A model generated the notes under the pieces. It saw only the letters and a list, made by a program, of their open reading frames with translations, ran no database searches and was not told the DNA's origin. Shown piece after piece: positions 24,118 through 37,433 of a stretch of DNA of 64,000 nucleotides. Origin of the DNA: Octopus sinensis (taxonomy: Eukaryota). The stretch covers positions 94,674,001 to 94,738,000 of the forward strand of contig NC_043006.1 of NCBI RefSeq assembly GCF_006345805.1, in the 5' to 3' direction. Positions within the stretch are counted from its first letter, which is position 1; every line of letters starts with the position of its first letter. Both the position numbers and the translations under genes were made by a program.

Positions 24118-25998
24118 AGTGTGCCACGTCAGTCCTGAAATATCGTACATAACTTTTAATTCTCTATTGAATTATGTATATTTTATTATGGCATGTTACT
24201 TTAGGCTTACAACTTCTGTGTCATGACAACAGAATCTTGTATTTGCTTGTAATACGACTGTCTACACCTGCTTATGCGATTATGTCGTCTTACATTTTAT
24301 TAATGGTTGCAATCATTTCAAGCTGCGTTTCAGGCGATGTCAACGACAGGTGAATATATTCGTCCCACATCCCAGCGTGCAGCGATCAAATCCATCTCAA
24401 GTCAACTTTGCAATTTAACTTTCATGAGTGATCATAATAGGATCGACGTAGGACAAGAGTAATCTAATTTCTGTGTTTTTTCTCAGCTTTGTACTTGTAA
24501 CTCAAAAGTCCAGTTATGACAGTACATCACAGTGATTCGGTGGTCTCTTGCATCGTGGATGCACATTACTATGAAATACTCAGCCGTTTATATATTAACT
24601 TCACGACTACGAATTCACTTTAATCAATAGCTAAATGTGCCTTATTGAAAACGATGGAGATTCTCCTCCCAGACTCGTTCTCTATTTGCAAAATACAACG
24701 GCGGTTATCTTATTCATATTCGAATCAAATCGATAGAATTAAGAATGAACAAGCAAGGGTCGTCTCAGATGAATTCAACCAGAGCTGTACAAATGACCAA
24801 CTCAGATTTGGCTCAAATTTCGTTTTGGTAATAACCCTATATGTATTAGGAACACATGCATAATTTTAGGCTCCAATTCTTAAGAGTTTCAAAGATATGC
24901 CACGCCAAATTTTGAGGGCCACGCCACCCATGGCATCTCTTCTAAATTTATATTCAATGTAGCAAAATTACGTAATAAAACTGTATGCAAAATAATTATC
25001 ATACGATGAAAAGGTTCATATTTGAAAGGACGATAACCTTAAAATTAAGGAAAATAGAACAGTTCTGATAGCAGATTCTGACAGATGACATTCAGATTAC
25101 CCAGGGTAGCAATTTTTAGTCAAATACTCTGGTTAAGTTAAGATAGTCATCTCCAAATTTTGTATAAATTGACATTCGTGCTCCACGATGGGTGTAACCC
25201 TCAAATCTTTACGAGGTATAGTTTTGAGACCTTACGAATTGGAACTTAAAATTATACTTGTACCTCATGCATAGAGTCGTGGTACCAAAAAGATATTTAG
25301 GTCAAATCTGAGTTGGTAAGGTACAAAGAGTTTTTAAATTTTGGTTGATTCATATCGAATGACCCATAAGTCATCGTTTTGATTCTTACTGTTCACTGTA
25401 CACGTAACAATTTGCTAGCGGTTGGCAGATATCAGCTCGGATCTGCGAACAACAATTTGTTTCCGGAAATTATAAACGCGAGCCACAAACTGTCAAAATA
25501 CACACACACACACACATGGAAATTTATGAAATAAGATGGCAAGAACAGGTTTTAATTGCAAATTACACCAATTGTTTTTGTGCAGTGGTAACACTTGTTT
25601 TTTGCTGCCTTTTCCACATCATACTACATAAATGATTCTATAAATAATGAAAGGAATGATTATGGCTCAGCAGCGGGCGTGTACCGGCACGTCATCAGGT
25701 GAGTGGTGTTGGTAGCTCTAGAGGACGTTCAGTTACCCATCGTTTTATACATTATTACCATTCCGTCTTTACTTTATTTTAACTTATAAATTCAAAGCAA
25801 CATAAGTTATAGAAATACCAAAATAAATAAGAACTAAAAATTGTGGTAATAAAAAATGAAAATATAAATTACAAAACAAACAGGCCGAAATTAGTTAATG
25901 AAAATATATAACAAAATTATAAATATAAATCAAAATTAATATTCTGTCGTAATTTTGTGCCTAAATTTATATCATATTGACTGTATGTATGTATGTTA

Positions 25999-26554
25999 TG
26001 TCAGGTCGCTTTCGAGTGCTACTGGTAACTTGTAACCCAGTACAACCTGTTGCATGGTCGGGTCGTCGGCGACTAAACCGGCAACCCCACCAAGCTTGCT
26101 TGATGAGGAGGGTGTTTATTGGACACCCTGCGGGATGAAAAACAAAGCCCGCCAAAGGGCGGAGGAACTCTTGAGAGTCAACGCCCATCCAATAAATGTC
26201 TTAAGGCTGTATCATGCGTGGGGACATAGAAATAATCGGACTGAATACCCGATCGCGCGGTTAAACCATTGGGAGTGAAGGACTCCTAGCCTTTGTTAGG
26301 GCATCCTTCCAAGAGAAGGTAACTCAGGTAACTGGGATAACTCGGATATAAAACCTGCGGCTCAGTGGTTACCGATGATGTTGACTTGTTCTTCGTTCCG
26401 GATTGTGGCTACTGTTGTTTAGTGAGTGAGATTGTCTCTGTGCACAACCTTTCCTCACTTTACAAAAATTTTCTTGCACAGGCATTGCACGATAACAACA
26501 TTGATTAAGCTTCGTGTAATGGCCATACTCGATAACGAGGGGGCAGCCACCATG
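25999..26554 (+). repeat. ~555-bp GC-rich interspersed repeat, copy A (family unidentified)
   Basis: An inverted copy with matching boundaries lies at 31231-31783, and a degraded partial copy at ~21060-21230. Confidence 0.9.
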
Positions 26555-27745
26555 TATGTATGTATGTATGTATGTATGCGTGTGTGTTTGTATGTATGTA
26601 TATATATGTATTGTGTGTTTGTATGTATGTGTGTATGTATGTGCGTATGTATTATGTGTATGTGTTTATGTGTATGTATATATGTATGTGTATGTATGAA
26701 TGTATATATGTGTATGCATGTATGTGTGTATATATGTATGTATATCTATCTATGTACGTATGTATGTATGTGTGTATATATATATATGTATGTACGTATG
26801 TATATACACCCACGGTACGACAACCAGTTTTGGTTTGTCTTCTTAACCGTCGCTTAGTGGTTCCACCAAGAAGTTCAACAGAATAAGCGCTCGCATGCCA
26901 AATGTGCACTGGAGTCGACATTTTCGACTAAAACCCTTCAAATCTGGGTCCCAGCCAGGTCTTAGTGCAATAACCGAAATAAGTAAATCATAACAGAAAT
27001 AATAAAATAAAAAAAACAGTCCACGAAGGTGACGGTTCGTAGTGAAGCTATCTACGGTCACATGTTTAAATTGCATAATTCAAAAGAAACATTTTCGAGG
27101 AAAAACACAAATTATAAATAAATTTGTCGTGGTTTTTGATCTGTAAAAATTAAACACGTAAGAGAAATTCGTGAGTTAGCAAATCTGTATGGCCCGAAGA
27201 AAAGAGTGATGTGATGTTTTCGGAACTGATATTTTGTCTGTGAAGGAGATAAACAAAGAAAAAATGTTTATTTTCTGTTATAAGAATGATGTTCGCAGTT
27301 TTCTTAATCTATCGATTTTATTCTCCTTCGAATATAAAAGGCTGATGTTATGTCGTAACCATGGTACTGTCATGGCTGTGTGATAAAGAGTTCGCTTTGC
27401 AACCACCCGGGTTTCTGTTCAGTCCCGCTGCAATGCACCTGGAGCAGATGTCTTTATTAAAGGCACCAGTAAACAGGGAAACCTGTGAAATACATATATA
27501 TACATGTGTGTATGTGTGTGTGCCTATCTTTCACTTGCTTCAGACATCAGACTGCCGCCAAGCTGATCACCACTTTGAAGGGTTAATCGAACAAATCGAT
27601 CCACGTAACTATTATTTAAAAGCGAGGTACTTATTCTTTCAGACTCGTATTGCCGAACTGCTACGAGAATTGAAATAAACCAAATAATACCGGTAATGGA
27701 GTACACACACACAAACATAAACACAAATACGTATACATATGCATA

Positions 27746-29022
27746 CGAGGGACGTTCAATAAGTAATGCCCCTGACAAACTTGCAGTTGTTTGATCTAGC
27801 TGAAATTTTGCATGTGCAATTATTTATATCTCTATAAAGTAAGTGGCAAATTACAGCTCTGCTCTAATTGTGGTTTCTGATTTACAGGTGTTTGAACTGA
27901 GTCAAGTGTGAAATGGAGCCTGTTGAGTGTCGAGCAGTGATACGGTTTTTGTATTTGAAATGACGCTCACCACGGGAGACTTTTGATGAAATGAAAGTAA
28001 CTTATGGTGATGATGCCCCATCATATGACCTTGTAAAACGCTGGCATCATGAATTCAAACATGGTCGGAACTCTGTGGAAACAGCTCCCAGATCTGGTCG
28101 CCCCCCTTCTGCCATTGATGAGGCATCTGTCCGTCAAGTTGAGGCTGCCATTTTGGAAGATCGACGCATAACAATTCGCCAAATAGCCCATGAGGTCAAG
28201 ATTAGTACCGGGTCTGTGGAAACTATCATTCATGACCATTTGCATATGCAAAAGGTGTCTGCCAGATGGATTCCCAGGTTGCTCACACCTCTCCAGAAGC
28301 AAGAACGCGTCGAGTGCTCGAGGATGAATTTGGAGATGTGTCAAGAAGATGAGTCAAAATTTTTCAAAAGACTGATTACACAGGATGAAACCTGGGTCCA
28401 TCACTATGATCCAGAGACCAAAGCCCAGTCAATGCAGTGGAAGCACCGTGACTCACCTCCTCCAAAGAAGGCAAGGGTGCAGCCCTCCGCTGGTAAGGTC
28501 ATGCTCACAGTCTTCTGGACCAGGACGGAGTAGTTATGACAGATTTCCTGGCAAAGAGTACCACAATTACAGGAGCCTATTTTGCTTCACTTTTGAGGAA
28601 ATTAAAAGAAGCTATCAAAATCAAGAGGCGGGACAAGATCAGCAAAGGCATCCTCCTCCTGCAGGACAACGCTCCGGTCCATAACTCGCGTGTCGCCAGA
28701 TCAGAAGCACATGCGTCCCCCCCCCATCCCCTACTCTCCTGACCTTGCACCCTCTGATTTTCACCTCTTCTCAGACATGAAGTTGTTTTTGAAAGGAAAG
28801 CGTTTTCCAGATGATGCAGTCTTGATTTCTGAAGTCACGTCGTGGTTGGAAGACCAATCTGGGGTCTTCTACAAAAACGGTCTCCAAAGCTGCATCAAAC
28901 GATGGGAGAAATGCGTAACTCTAGGTGGTTCCTATGTAGAAAAGACTAATAACTGTGCCAAGTTTCGTTGCTCTACTGCTATGGGAAGTGGGTCAGGGGC
29001 ATTACTTATTGAACGCCCCTCG
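27746..29022 (+). mobile_element. Mariner DNA transposon, decayed copy 2 (full length, 1277 bp)
   Basis: 31-bp TIRs, TA TSDs at 27744-27745 and 29023-29024. Same family as 2315-3506. Confidence 0.97.
27913..28949 (+). pseudogene. Mariner transposase pseudogene
   Basis: MEPVECRAVIRFLYLK followed by an in-frame TGA at 27961. DETW, QDNA and YSPDLAPSD motifs are spread over three frames by frameshifts and a deletion. Confidence 0.93.
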
Positions 29023-30794
29023 TAAATGCGTGTATGTAAGTATGTATGTTTTACGTATGCATCCATTGATGCATTGATGTATGTATATCTTCCCTGTACT
29101 TTGGACTTTCTCATATTTCCTGTTTCAGGAGAAGAGCTACGCTCGAAACGTAAAACAACCACTCTTTTCCTTATCTGAGTGTTTTCTTCATAATTTGCAT
29201 TGCTGTTGTTTTCCTTGTCCCTTTTCACTGTTTTTATTTTATATATATATATATATAAACCAGGAATGTGCCACTTTTCTTTGTTTCAGATTAATCTTCC
29301 TTCTCACAGATTGTACGATTACCGTTGAGCATTTAAAAGTGTTATAGCAAATACATATCATTCTCTAGCATTCAACACCACGCTCTAATACATTCTATAT
29401 ACATAAACTACATTGACGACCCAGAGTGATGACACTTGAATTCAAGACAATTCAAACTCAAATTTGCAATTAACTACTGAGAATAAAAAAACCTAGAAAA
29501 AAGAAAACCTATCTATGTATAGGCTTAGGTGTGGCTGTATGCTAAGAAGTTTGTTTCCTAACTATATGTTTCGAAGTTCATCCCCATTGTGTGACATCGT
29601 AAGTGAGTGTCTTCTACTATAACTAGGGGCTGACTAAAGCCTTGTAAGTGGACTTATTGGGCGTAAGCTGAAAGAAATAAGTCCTATGTAGCATGTGTGT
29701 GTGTGTGAGAGAGAGAGAGTTTTGTGCTTGTGTCTGATTTCCTCACCACCGCTTGACAACCGCAGTTGGTTTGTCCATGTTTGTAAAGATGCTTGTTTAG
29801 GAGTTTTTGTGTATATACATCACAGATACACACACACACATACATACATAATACATACATACATACATACATACATACATACATACATACACGCACGCTT
29901 AAGTTTATATACACACATAAACTACTCTACTCTAGCTGTCTACTTAAATAATACCTAAGTATATATATAACTATTTACATAACAGGACATACCACTAATT
30001 CTAATCACACTTCCCTTCACTCGTTCACTCAGTCTATCTCTCTCTCTGCCTCTCTCCCTCCCTCACTTTACTAATCACTGTCTCTGCTTCTCTCTCTCTT
30101 TCTCTCATTTTCTCTTTCACTCACTCCCTGTATATATTCCAGTCAAGATATCCATTGGTCAACCGTATTATGCATTACCATATCTGAGCTCACTTCTTAC
30201 TATATATGTTCTCATATGTGCGCATGCATGTGTGTGTGTATGTGTGTGTGTGTGTATGTGTGTTTCTGTCTGTGCGTGTGTATATGTGCATGTGTGTATA
30301 CATACGTGTTCGAGTGATGACATATGTGCATATATGTACGTGTGAACCTATATGCGTGCTTGCAAATGATTGTATTTGCGCATTGCCTCTGTGACTGTGC
30401 GGATGGGTGTGCACGATTACTTATGTGTGTGTGTGTATGTGTGTGTGTGTGCATTTATTATACGTACATACGCAGCTGTGTGGCAAGAAGGATCCCTCTC
30501 AACCACATGTCTTCGGGTTCAATATCACTACGTGTCATCTTGTGCTAAAGTCTCTGACCGAGCAAACCCTTGTGGGTGGATTTGGTAAACGGAAACTGCG
30601 CTGAATTCTACAAGTGTTTTTCATCTTCTCTTTGTCTATTTGCTCTTATATCTTTTTGCTGAAGAGCATAGGCTCGAAACATAAAAGACATTTTCATTTT
30701 TCCCGTGCGTAAAACTAATAAACTTGCTTGTAAAACTAATAGACTTGCTTGTTCTTCCTACACCTGTCTTCGTCTTTTGTTTTTCGATAAGTTT

Positions 30795-30833
<39 letters not shown>

Positions 30834-31230
30834 CTCCATTTGCCTGTCATCTTTATGTCCCTGACGTAAGGCTTCACTTCCACACACGCCAGCTGAATAT
30901 AATTCGTCCTTAGTCGAATGACACCTGCTGTTAATGTCATGTTATTTGCATTTGCATTTGTGTACTATTTCTCCGTTTTTTCCGACCTTGTTTTCGTGTG
31001 CTTTCGCTGCTTTCTTCCAAAGTTTCTAGTGTTCATTGCTTAGTCTTTCCTTGGGGCTGTCCAGATTGAAGCAATCTCGAGTATAAACAATCGAAATTGC
31101 AAAGTTAATCTGGAATTCGTCTGGTGAAAGAAAACTCCGAATGACACGTCCTTGTTTTTTCTTGTCCCCCTTTTTGTATTATCTGTTTGAATTTTTTGCG
31201 TTCTTGCCCCATTTTTTGTATTTCTTTATG

Positions 31231-31783
31231 CATGGTGGCTGCCCCCTCGTTATCGAGTATGCCATTGCACGAAGCTTAATCAATGTTGTTATCGTGCAAT
31301 GCTTGTGCAAGATTTTTTTTAAGTGAGGAAAGGCTGTGCACTGAGTCAATCCCACTCACCAAGCAACAGCAGCCATAATCCGAAAAGAAGAACAAGTCAA
31401 CATCATCGGTAACCACTGAGCCGCAGGTTTTATGTCGGAGTTATCCCAGTTATCTGAGTTACCTTCTCCTAGAAGGATGCCCTAACAAATGCTAGGAGTC
31501 CTTCACTCCCAATGGTTTAACCGCGCGATCGAGTGTTCAGTCCGATTATTTCTATGTCCCCGCACATGATACAGCCTTAAGACATTTATTGGATGGCTGT
31601 TGACTCTAAAGAGTTCCTCCGCCCTTTGACGGGTTTTCTTTTTAATCCCGCAGGTTGTCCAATAAAACACCCTCCTCACCAAGCAAGCTTGGTGGGGTTG
31701 CCAGTTTAGACGCCGACGACCCGACCATGCAACAGGTTGTACTGGGTTACATGTTACCAGTAACACTCGAAAGTGACCTGACA
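31231..31783 (-). repeat. ~555-bp GC-rich interspersed repeat, copy B
   Basis: Reverse complement of 25999-26554 with scattered substitutions. Confidence 0.9.
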
Positions 31784-31794
31784 CATATTTATTT

Positions 31795-31825
<31 letters not shown>

Positions 31826-31826
31826 T

Positions 31827-31872
<46 letters not shown>

Positions 31873-32678
31873 GTGTGTGTGTGTGTGTGTGAAGTATTAT
31901 TAATGTTAGAAACAGTAATAATGAGGTGGCTAGCAAGACTTCTACCTAAACAGGTATAATATAAAATATTTGAAAAAAGGAAGGGTAAAGATACTGCTTG
32001 TTAATAATCAAAGCGAAAGCTTAAGAAAGCCCAACAATTCTATAATAAATACACACACGCGCAATGCAATGAATATATTGAAAACATATGGAAATTGAAG
32101 GTAAATTAATACATACCCCAATATCAATTAATTTCATGCTGTGCATGAGAAACATGCTTTGCAATCCTCAGTTGGAAATAGTAATTGACATCTATTTCTA
32201 AAATATTTACCACGTCAACTCGTGTATATGTACGTGTATAAGTAAGTATATATTTTCAAAATTTAGGGAATGGAGTAAATAAATCCAGCTTCCTATTTTT
32301 CATAACTAGCTGAACCTCAGAAGTAGAAGGGTAGACCGCAAGCTACTCTTCAGGCCAAGGTTACCTTGATCGAATCCTCAACGAATTAACACGGGATCTC
32401 CTAAAGATAATGTACATTTTGATCTGCTCTGTTCACTATTATTTGAATCTCTTTTCGCACATACAACAACACCTGTTGCTAACAGTAAACTATAAGATCA
32501 ACTTTCCTTCAGATTCTCGGGAAACATAACCTTCTGTACTAACGAACTACTATCCTACCTGAAATTTGGTTTGTGTACCGTCTACGGATTGCTTGAGGCT
32601 CACTTACTTCCTACACCTTGATCCTTGAGATCTTACCTTTACATCTCTCTCTCCTTCTCTACAAATACACATACGTAA

Positions 32679-32734
<56 letters not shown>

Positions 32735-32806
32735 ATACATACATGCACACACATACACACACAAACACACACATGTGTATATATATATATATATATATGT
32801 ACATAT

Positions 32807-33200
32807 AGGCGGAGGAGTGGCAGTGTGATAAGTAGCTTGCTTACCAACCACATGGTTCCGGGTTCAGTCCCACTGCGTGGAACCTGGGGCAAGTGTCTTC
32901 TACTATAGCCTCGGGCCGACCAAAGCCTTGTGAGTGGATCTGGTAGATGGAAACTGAAAGAAGCCCGTCGTATATATGTATATGTATGTATATGTGTGTT
33001 TGTGTTTTCCCCTCCCCCCATCATCGCTTGAGAACCGATGCTGGTGTGTTTACGTCCCCCTAACTTAGCGGTTTGGAAAAAGCGACCGATAGTATAAGTA
33101 CTGGGCTTACAAAGAATGAGTCCTGGGGTCGATTTGTTCGACTAAAGGCGGTGCCCCAGCATGGCTGCAGTCAAACGACTGAAACAGGTAAAAGAGTAAA
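32807..33200 (+). mobile_element. Full-length tRNA-derived SINE with internal microsatellite and CR1-type tail
   Basis: Head gagtggcagtgtg...ggttcagtccc, central ggggcaagtgtcttctactatagcctcgggccgacc domain, tail ggcggtgccccagcatggctgcagtcaaacgactgaaac. Degraded relatives at ~26810-26980, 27340-27700, 29520-29780, 30480-30605, 33420-33660 and 60040-60440. Confidence 0.9.
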
Positions 33201-33365
33201 ATGTAAAAGAGTATATATATATATGCGTGTGTGTATATATATATAGGTATTCTTTAAGTTTTTGAAAACATATAGATACATATATACAAACATACATATA
33301 TGTATGCACACACACACGTATGCATATGTATATATAATATATATATTATATATATATATATATTT

Positions 33366-33403
<38 letters not shown>

Positions 33404-34185
33404 ATATATATACACACACACACACACACATATACCCGTGCGTGTCTCTTCGTGTCTGTTTTTGAACCTCCATCACCGTTAAAGAACCGACATTAGTATG
33501 TTTATGTTCCCGTAACTTATCAGTCCGCCAAAATCGACAAATAGTAAAAGTAACAATCTTTTAAAATATTAAGTACTAAGATTGATTCATCGACTAAATA
33601 TCCAAGTCTGTGCTCCAGCATGGCTGTCATCAAATGACGGAAAGTAGTAAAAGATAAAAGAAAAGTATTCGCTGTACGGCTGCGAGAATGAGAGCGCTTG
33701 CATATGTGTGCGTGTGAGATTTGAGTCGGTAACTGTATGAGATCGTGCTACGCTGTTTTTGTGTTTGTGATCATGTGTTTGCCATGCATATATGAATGCG
33801 TTTGCATTTGTATATGTGCGTGCGTGAATGTGTGTGTGTGTGTGTGCGCGTGTGTACTCTGTATCGAATGACGTGTTGACCTTCATCTGTCTGCGGCGGA
33901 AGTGGTATCGACGTCAATATTATCTTAGTTCCGTCGGCATTATTTAGTTTCGAAGAATCAGAAAAGTCTTTTGTTTGGCTTAGGAAACATTGTTGGTAGG
34001 AAGTGTTCCAACAGACGCACACAGAGAAACACGCTCAGATATAAACGCACAGAATCACTATCTCCACCCCGCATCTCTCTCCCCTCTTTCTCTCTGTGTG
34101 CATATGCACACACACATATATATATATATGTATGTATGCATATATGTATATTTCTCATACATACATACATACGTACATATACATA

Positions 34186-34252
<67 letters not shown>

Positions 34253-34474
34253 ATGTTACATTACTCGGTAGTCAAGATAAAACTCTGAGTTTCAGATGCC
34301 GAAGTGGAAATCCACAACACCATCTCTTCGGTTATCTGGCTATTTGAAAACGTTATGAAAAAATACCGTTAAAAATGAAGGGAAATTACTCTGTTATAAC
34401 TCTGCTTTGCCTGCGTACTTATACATCGCTCGCATTTTTCGTCATAAAAATTATATAAATTATATAAATTATAT

Positions 34475-35446
34475 AAATTTCTGCCTGCCCCATCATATGA
34501 ACCCATGCTCACATCGAAAGCGCCCTCCGTGTCGGTGTTTTTTACCCACTTTGCATTCTCACTGAAAAGTAATGTCTTTCTAGCATGGAAGATTATATCC
34601 TTATCATTGGTACTAATTTCTATGAAGTCACTAGCGAAGATTAGGGCTTTATCTAGCAGTTCTTTAGAGATAGAGGCATAAAAATCAACAATATCGAATT
34701 GTGTAAACCTCGCTTTTTTCTTATTCTTAATAGCTTTAAACCAGTCTACGACTTCTATACTATTGGACCATTGCACTAGCCTAGTATCGGTCTTAATTTT
34801 CGTATTTATTTTATCTAAAATTTCTTTGCTAATAATCCCTAGTTCTGACTTGGCTGGGTTGATAAGCCTACATTTAGGGTTGGAAAGGAAGTTTTCTTTG
34901 TGATCTTTAATAGTAATAAAGGCCTCTTTTTGGGGGAGGGTTTCTATTTTTTTTATCTAATTTAAGTTTAGCGGCGATGACGCTAGCTTCTTTATTAATT
35001 TCGTTATATGTCTGTGCCCTAGCCTTAGTATAATTATTAGTAATGCTGTTGTGTAAGAGTTGTGTGTATTTGCTGTTATCTACCAGGTATAAGTTCTTGG
35101 TTTTATCCGAAAAAAGTGCTTTTTTCTTGGAGCTTTTTATATGATCAATATCTTTTTTCAATTTATGTTGCAAATTGTTAAAAGACTTACGAAACTTTAT
35201 TTTGCTCATGATCTTCAGCAGGTCCGCTTCGAAATCTTCCAAGCCTTTAATCCTAGGAGGGAATTTTTTGGATTTTATCCGATAGAAAATGTTTTCCTTG
35301 GTGTTCGCTTCTGTGTCAAAAAAGAAAGCCTTCCATCTCATACGCTTAATTACATCAGTAATTTTTTGCAGAAGTTTCTTAGAGTAAAAATCCTTTGATG
35401 GGATCGGTATATTTTTCATAGAATAATCTATGTGATATGCGTCCAT
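34475..35446 (-). pseudogene. PLE reverse transcriptase N-terminal half (one frameshift; deleted after motif B')
   Basis: MDAYHIDYSMKNIPIP...RMRWKAFF, then a frameshift in a poly-A run near 34945, then FITIKDHKENF..NPKCRLINPAKSELG...FDIVDFYASIS...DVSMGSYDGA, then a jump to the pLTR. No YxDD motif is present. Confidence 0.92.
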
Positions 35447-35870
35447 ATTAGATTCTTTTGTTTGTGAGAGTCCTCAACCGATGTTAGGCGATAATCCCAA
35501 AAAGGTCGTATTAGCTCTTAGTTGAGAATAACGTCGTCCGGGAGGTGATTTATTGATAAAACGGTAAGATAACAAAAGAAAGAAGAGACCTCAATATTAT
35601 GTAAATAGAGGAAATTTATCTATACAATATGTTACATTACTCGGTAGTCAAGATAAAACTCTGAGTTTCAGATGCCGAAGTGGAAATCCACAACACCATC
35701 TCTTCGGTTATCTGGCTATTTGAAAACGTTATGAAAAAATACCGTTAAAAATGAAGGGAAATTACTCTGTTATAACTCTGCTTTGCCTGCGTACTTATAC
35801 ATCGCTCGCATTTTTCGTCATAAAAATTATATAAAAATACATAAAAATATATAAGAATATATAAAAATAT

Positions 35871-36479
35871 TTCCTAGCACTGATAGATAGACATTTTCCA
35901 GTTAACCATGCTTATAGGAAACTCTTCAATAGACACAATTTAAAAATTAGTTTTAGTTCAACTACCAATTTTAAAAACATAATCAATCATAACATACAAA
36001 AAACACAAGAAGAAAACAGCTGTTCATGCAGGAATAAAGAATTGTGCCCGCTAAATGGAGCTTGCATGTCCAAGACCATCATATATGAAGCTACCGTAAA
36101 CTCTATAACCACTAAAGACACCGTTTCGACGAAGAAATACGTGGGCCTGACAGAGAGTAATTTCAAGGCCAGGTTCAATAACCACACTTTGAGCTTTAGG
36201 CACTGGAACAAAAGAAAAGCGACACAATTATCCAATCATATTTGGTCTTTAAGAGATAAAGGTGTCGATTATAACATATAATGGAAGATTTTGGCCAGAT
36301 GTAAGCCCTACACTAATGGCAGCGGAAGGTGCGGTTTATGCGACATGGAGAGATGGCTTATCTGGAAAAGCAGCTTAGACCCTACCACATGTCTAAATAC
36401 AAGGACAGAGCTTTTCGGATCATGCCCACATGTGACTAAATTTCTGTTACGTTTTTGGTCCCCTAAAGAAAACGGATAG
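35871..36479 (+). pseudogene. PLE thumb/linker + GIY-YIG endonuclease, 5'-truncated, one premature stop
   Basis: FLALIDRHFP...KLFNRHNLKISFS...CSCRNKELCPLNGAC..IIYEATV...KYVGLTESNFKARFNNH...RCGLC...LNTRTELFGSCPH in a single frame, with TAA at 36279-36281. Confidence 0.93.
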
Positions 36480-36663
36480 AACATGCTTTCTGTGTTATAT
36501 CCCAAGAAGATTTTATATATTTTTATATATTTTTATGTATTTTTATATAATTTTTATGACGAAAAATGCGAGCGATGTATAAGTACGCAGGCAAAGCAGA
36601 GTTATAACAGAGTAATTTCCCTTCATTTTTAACGGTATTTTTTCATAACGTTTTCAAATAGCC

Positions 36664-36726
36664 AGATAACCGAAGAGATGGTGTTGTGGATTTCCACTTC
36701 GGCATCTGAAACTCAGAGTTTTATCT
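36664..36726 (+). ncRNA. Variant type I hammerhead motif in the PLE pLTR (also 34275-34337 minus, 35651-35713 minus, 19060-19122 plus)
   Basis: AGATAA-CCGAAGA-GATG...CATC-T-GAAACTC-A-GAGTT-TTATCT. Helix I 6 bp, helix II GATG/CATC, near-palindromic helix III, GUU triplet. The core has U4C and an extra U before G12. Confidence 0.6.
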
Positions 36727-37375
36727 TGACTACCGAGTAATGTAACATATTGTATAGATAAATTTCCTCTATTTACATAATATTGAGGTCTCTTTCTTTC
36801 TTTTGTTATCTTACCGTTTTATCACCTCCCCTCCTCCTTAATCCCTTCTTTCTCCTTTCTCTTGGTCACTGATTCTGTCCCCTGCCTTCCACCCTCTTTG
36901 ATTCCCTCTCTCTCTGTCTCTCTTTCTCTCTCTCTCCTGCGACCTGCTGCTTCTTAAACCATTCTGTTGGCCTTCGTATCTCGACCAACATGTGTCCCCG
37001 CTACCGAAACGGTAATTATTTCTACGCCAGCTATGTTGTTGTTTGTTTCTGTCTCATTTGGTCTAAAGTCGTATGACAACCACCGTTATATATGTTTTGT
37101 TTGTTCATTACCGTTTTCAATTTCGTTTTCGTCTCTTGTGTTTACATCCGTCTTGTGCGTTCACATTCCTGTCTTCTACCAAGAAATCTAATGCTTACAG
37201 CTTAGTTTTTTTTCTTGGGGCTGGCCGAGTTGGAGCAAATATCAGAATTGAACAGCCGAAATTTGCTATGATGGTTCGGTGTCTGACTGAAGATTGAAGG
37301 CTTCGAATGATTTGTCTGTGTTCCGTGTTCGTCCCTTCCTGTGTTTCACGTTCATTATATATAAAAACATTCATT

Positions 37376-37433
<58 letters not shown>

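Larger units (their letters stand above)
34249..36830. mobile_element. Complex Penelope-like element insertion: minus pLTR-ORF(N-half)-pLTR unit joined head-to-head to a plus 5'-truncated ORF end + pLTR
   Basis: Three near-identical pLTR copies (34249-34474 minus, 35541-35870 minus, 36480-36830 plus), RT N-half on minus, GIY-YIG on plus, (TA)n at the left end. The Cys-rich linker suggests a Neptune-type clade (inference). Confidence 0.95.

Noticed and set aside
25670-25705. CTGATGA-CGTG/CACG half hammerhead (minus) overlapping a CAG|GTGAGT donor-like site (plus)
   Set aside because: No GAAA follows helix II, and the donor has no convincing upstream acceptor or ORF.
26054-26278. ORF apparently conserved with 31503-31832 (...RLNHWE)
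   Set aside because: Both lie within the same non-coding 555-bp repeat. The starts differ and no protein family is recognisable.
26900-26960. HHR-like TTGAAG-GG..GTC-GAAAATGTC on the minus strand
   Set aside because: It is better explained as a degraded plus-strand SINE tail (gtcgac..ttcgactaaaacccttcaa).
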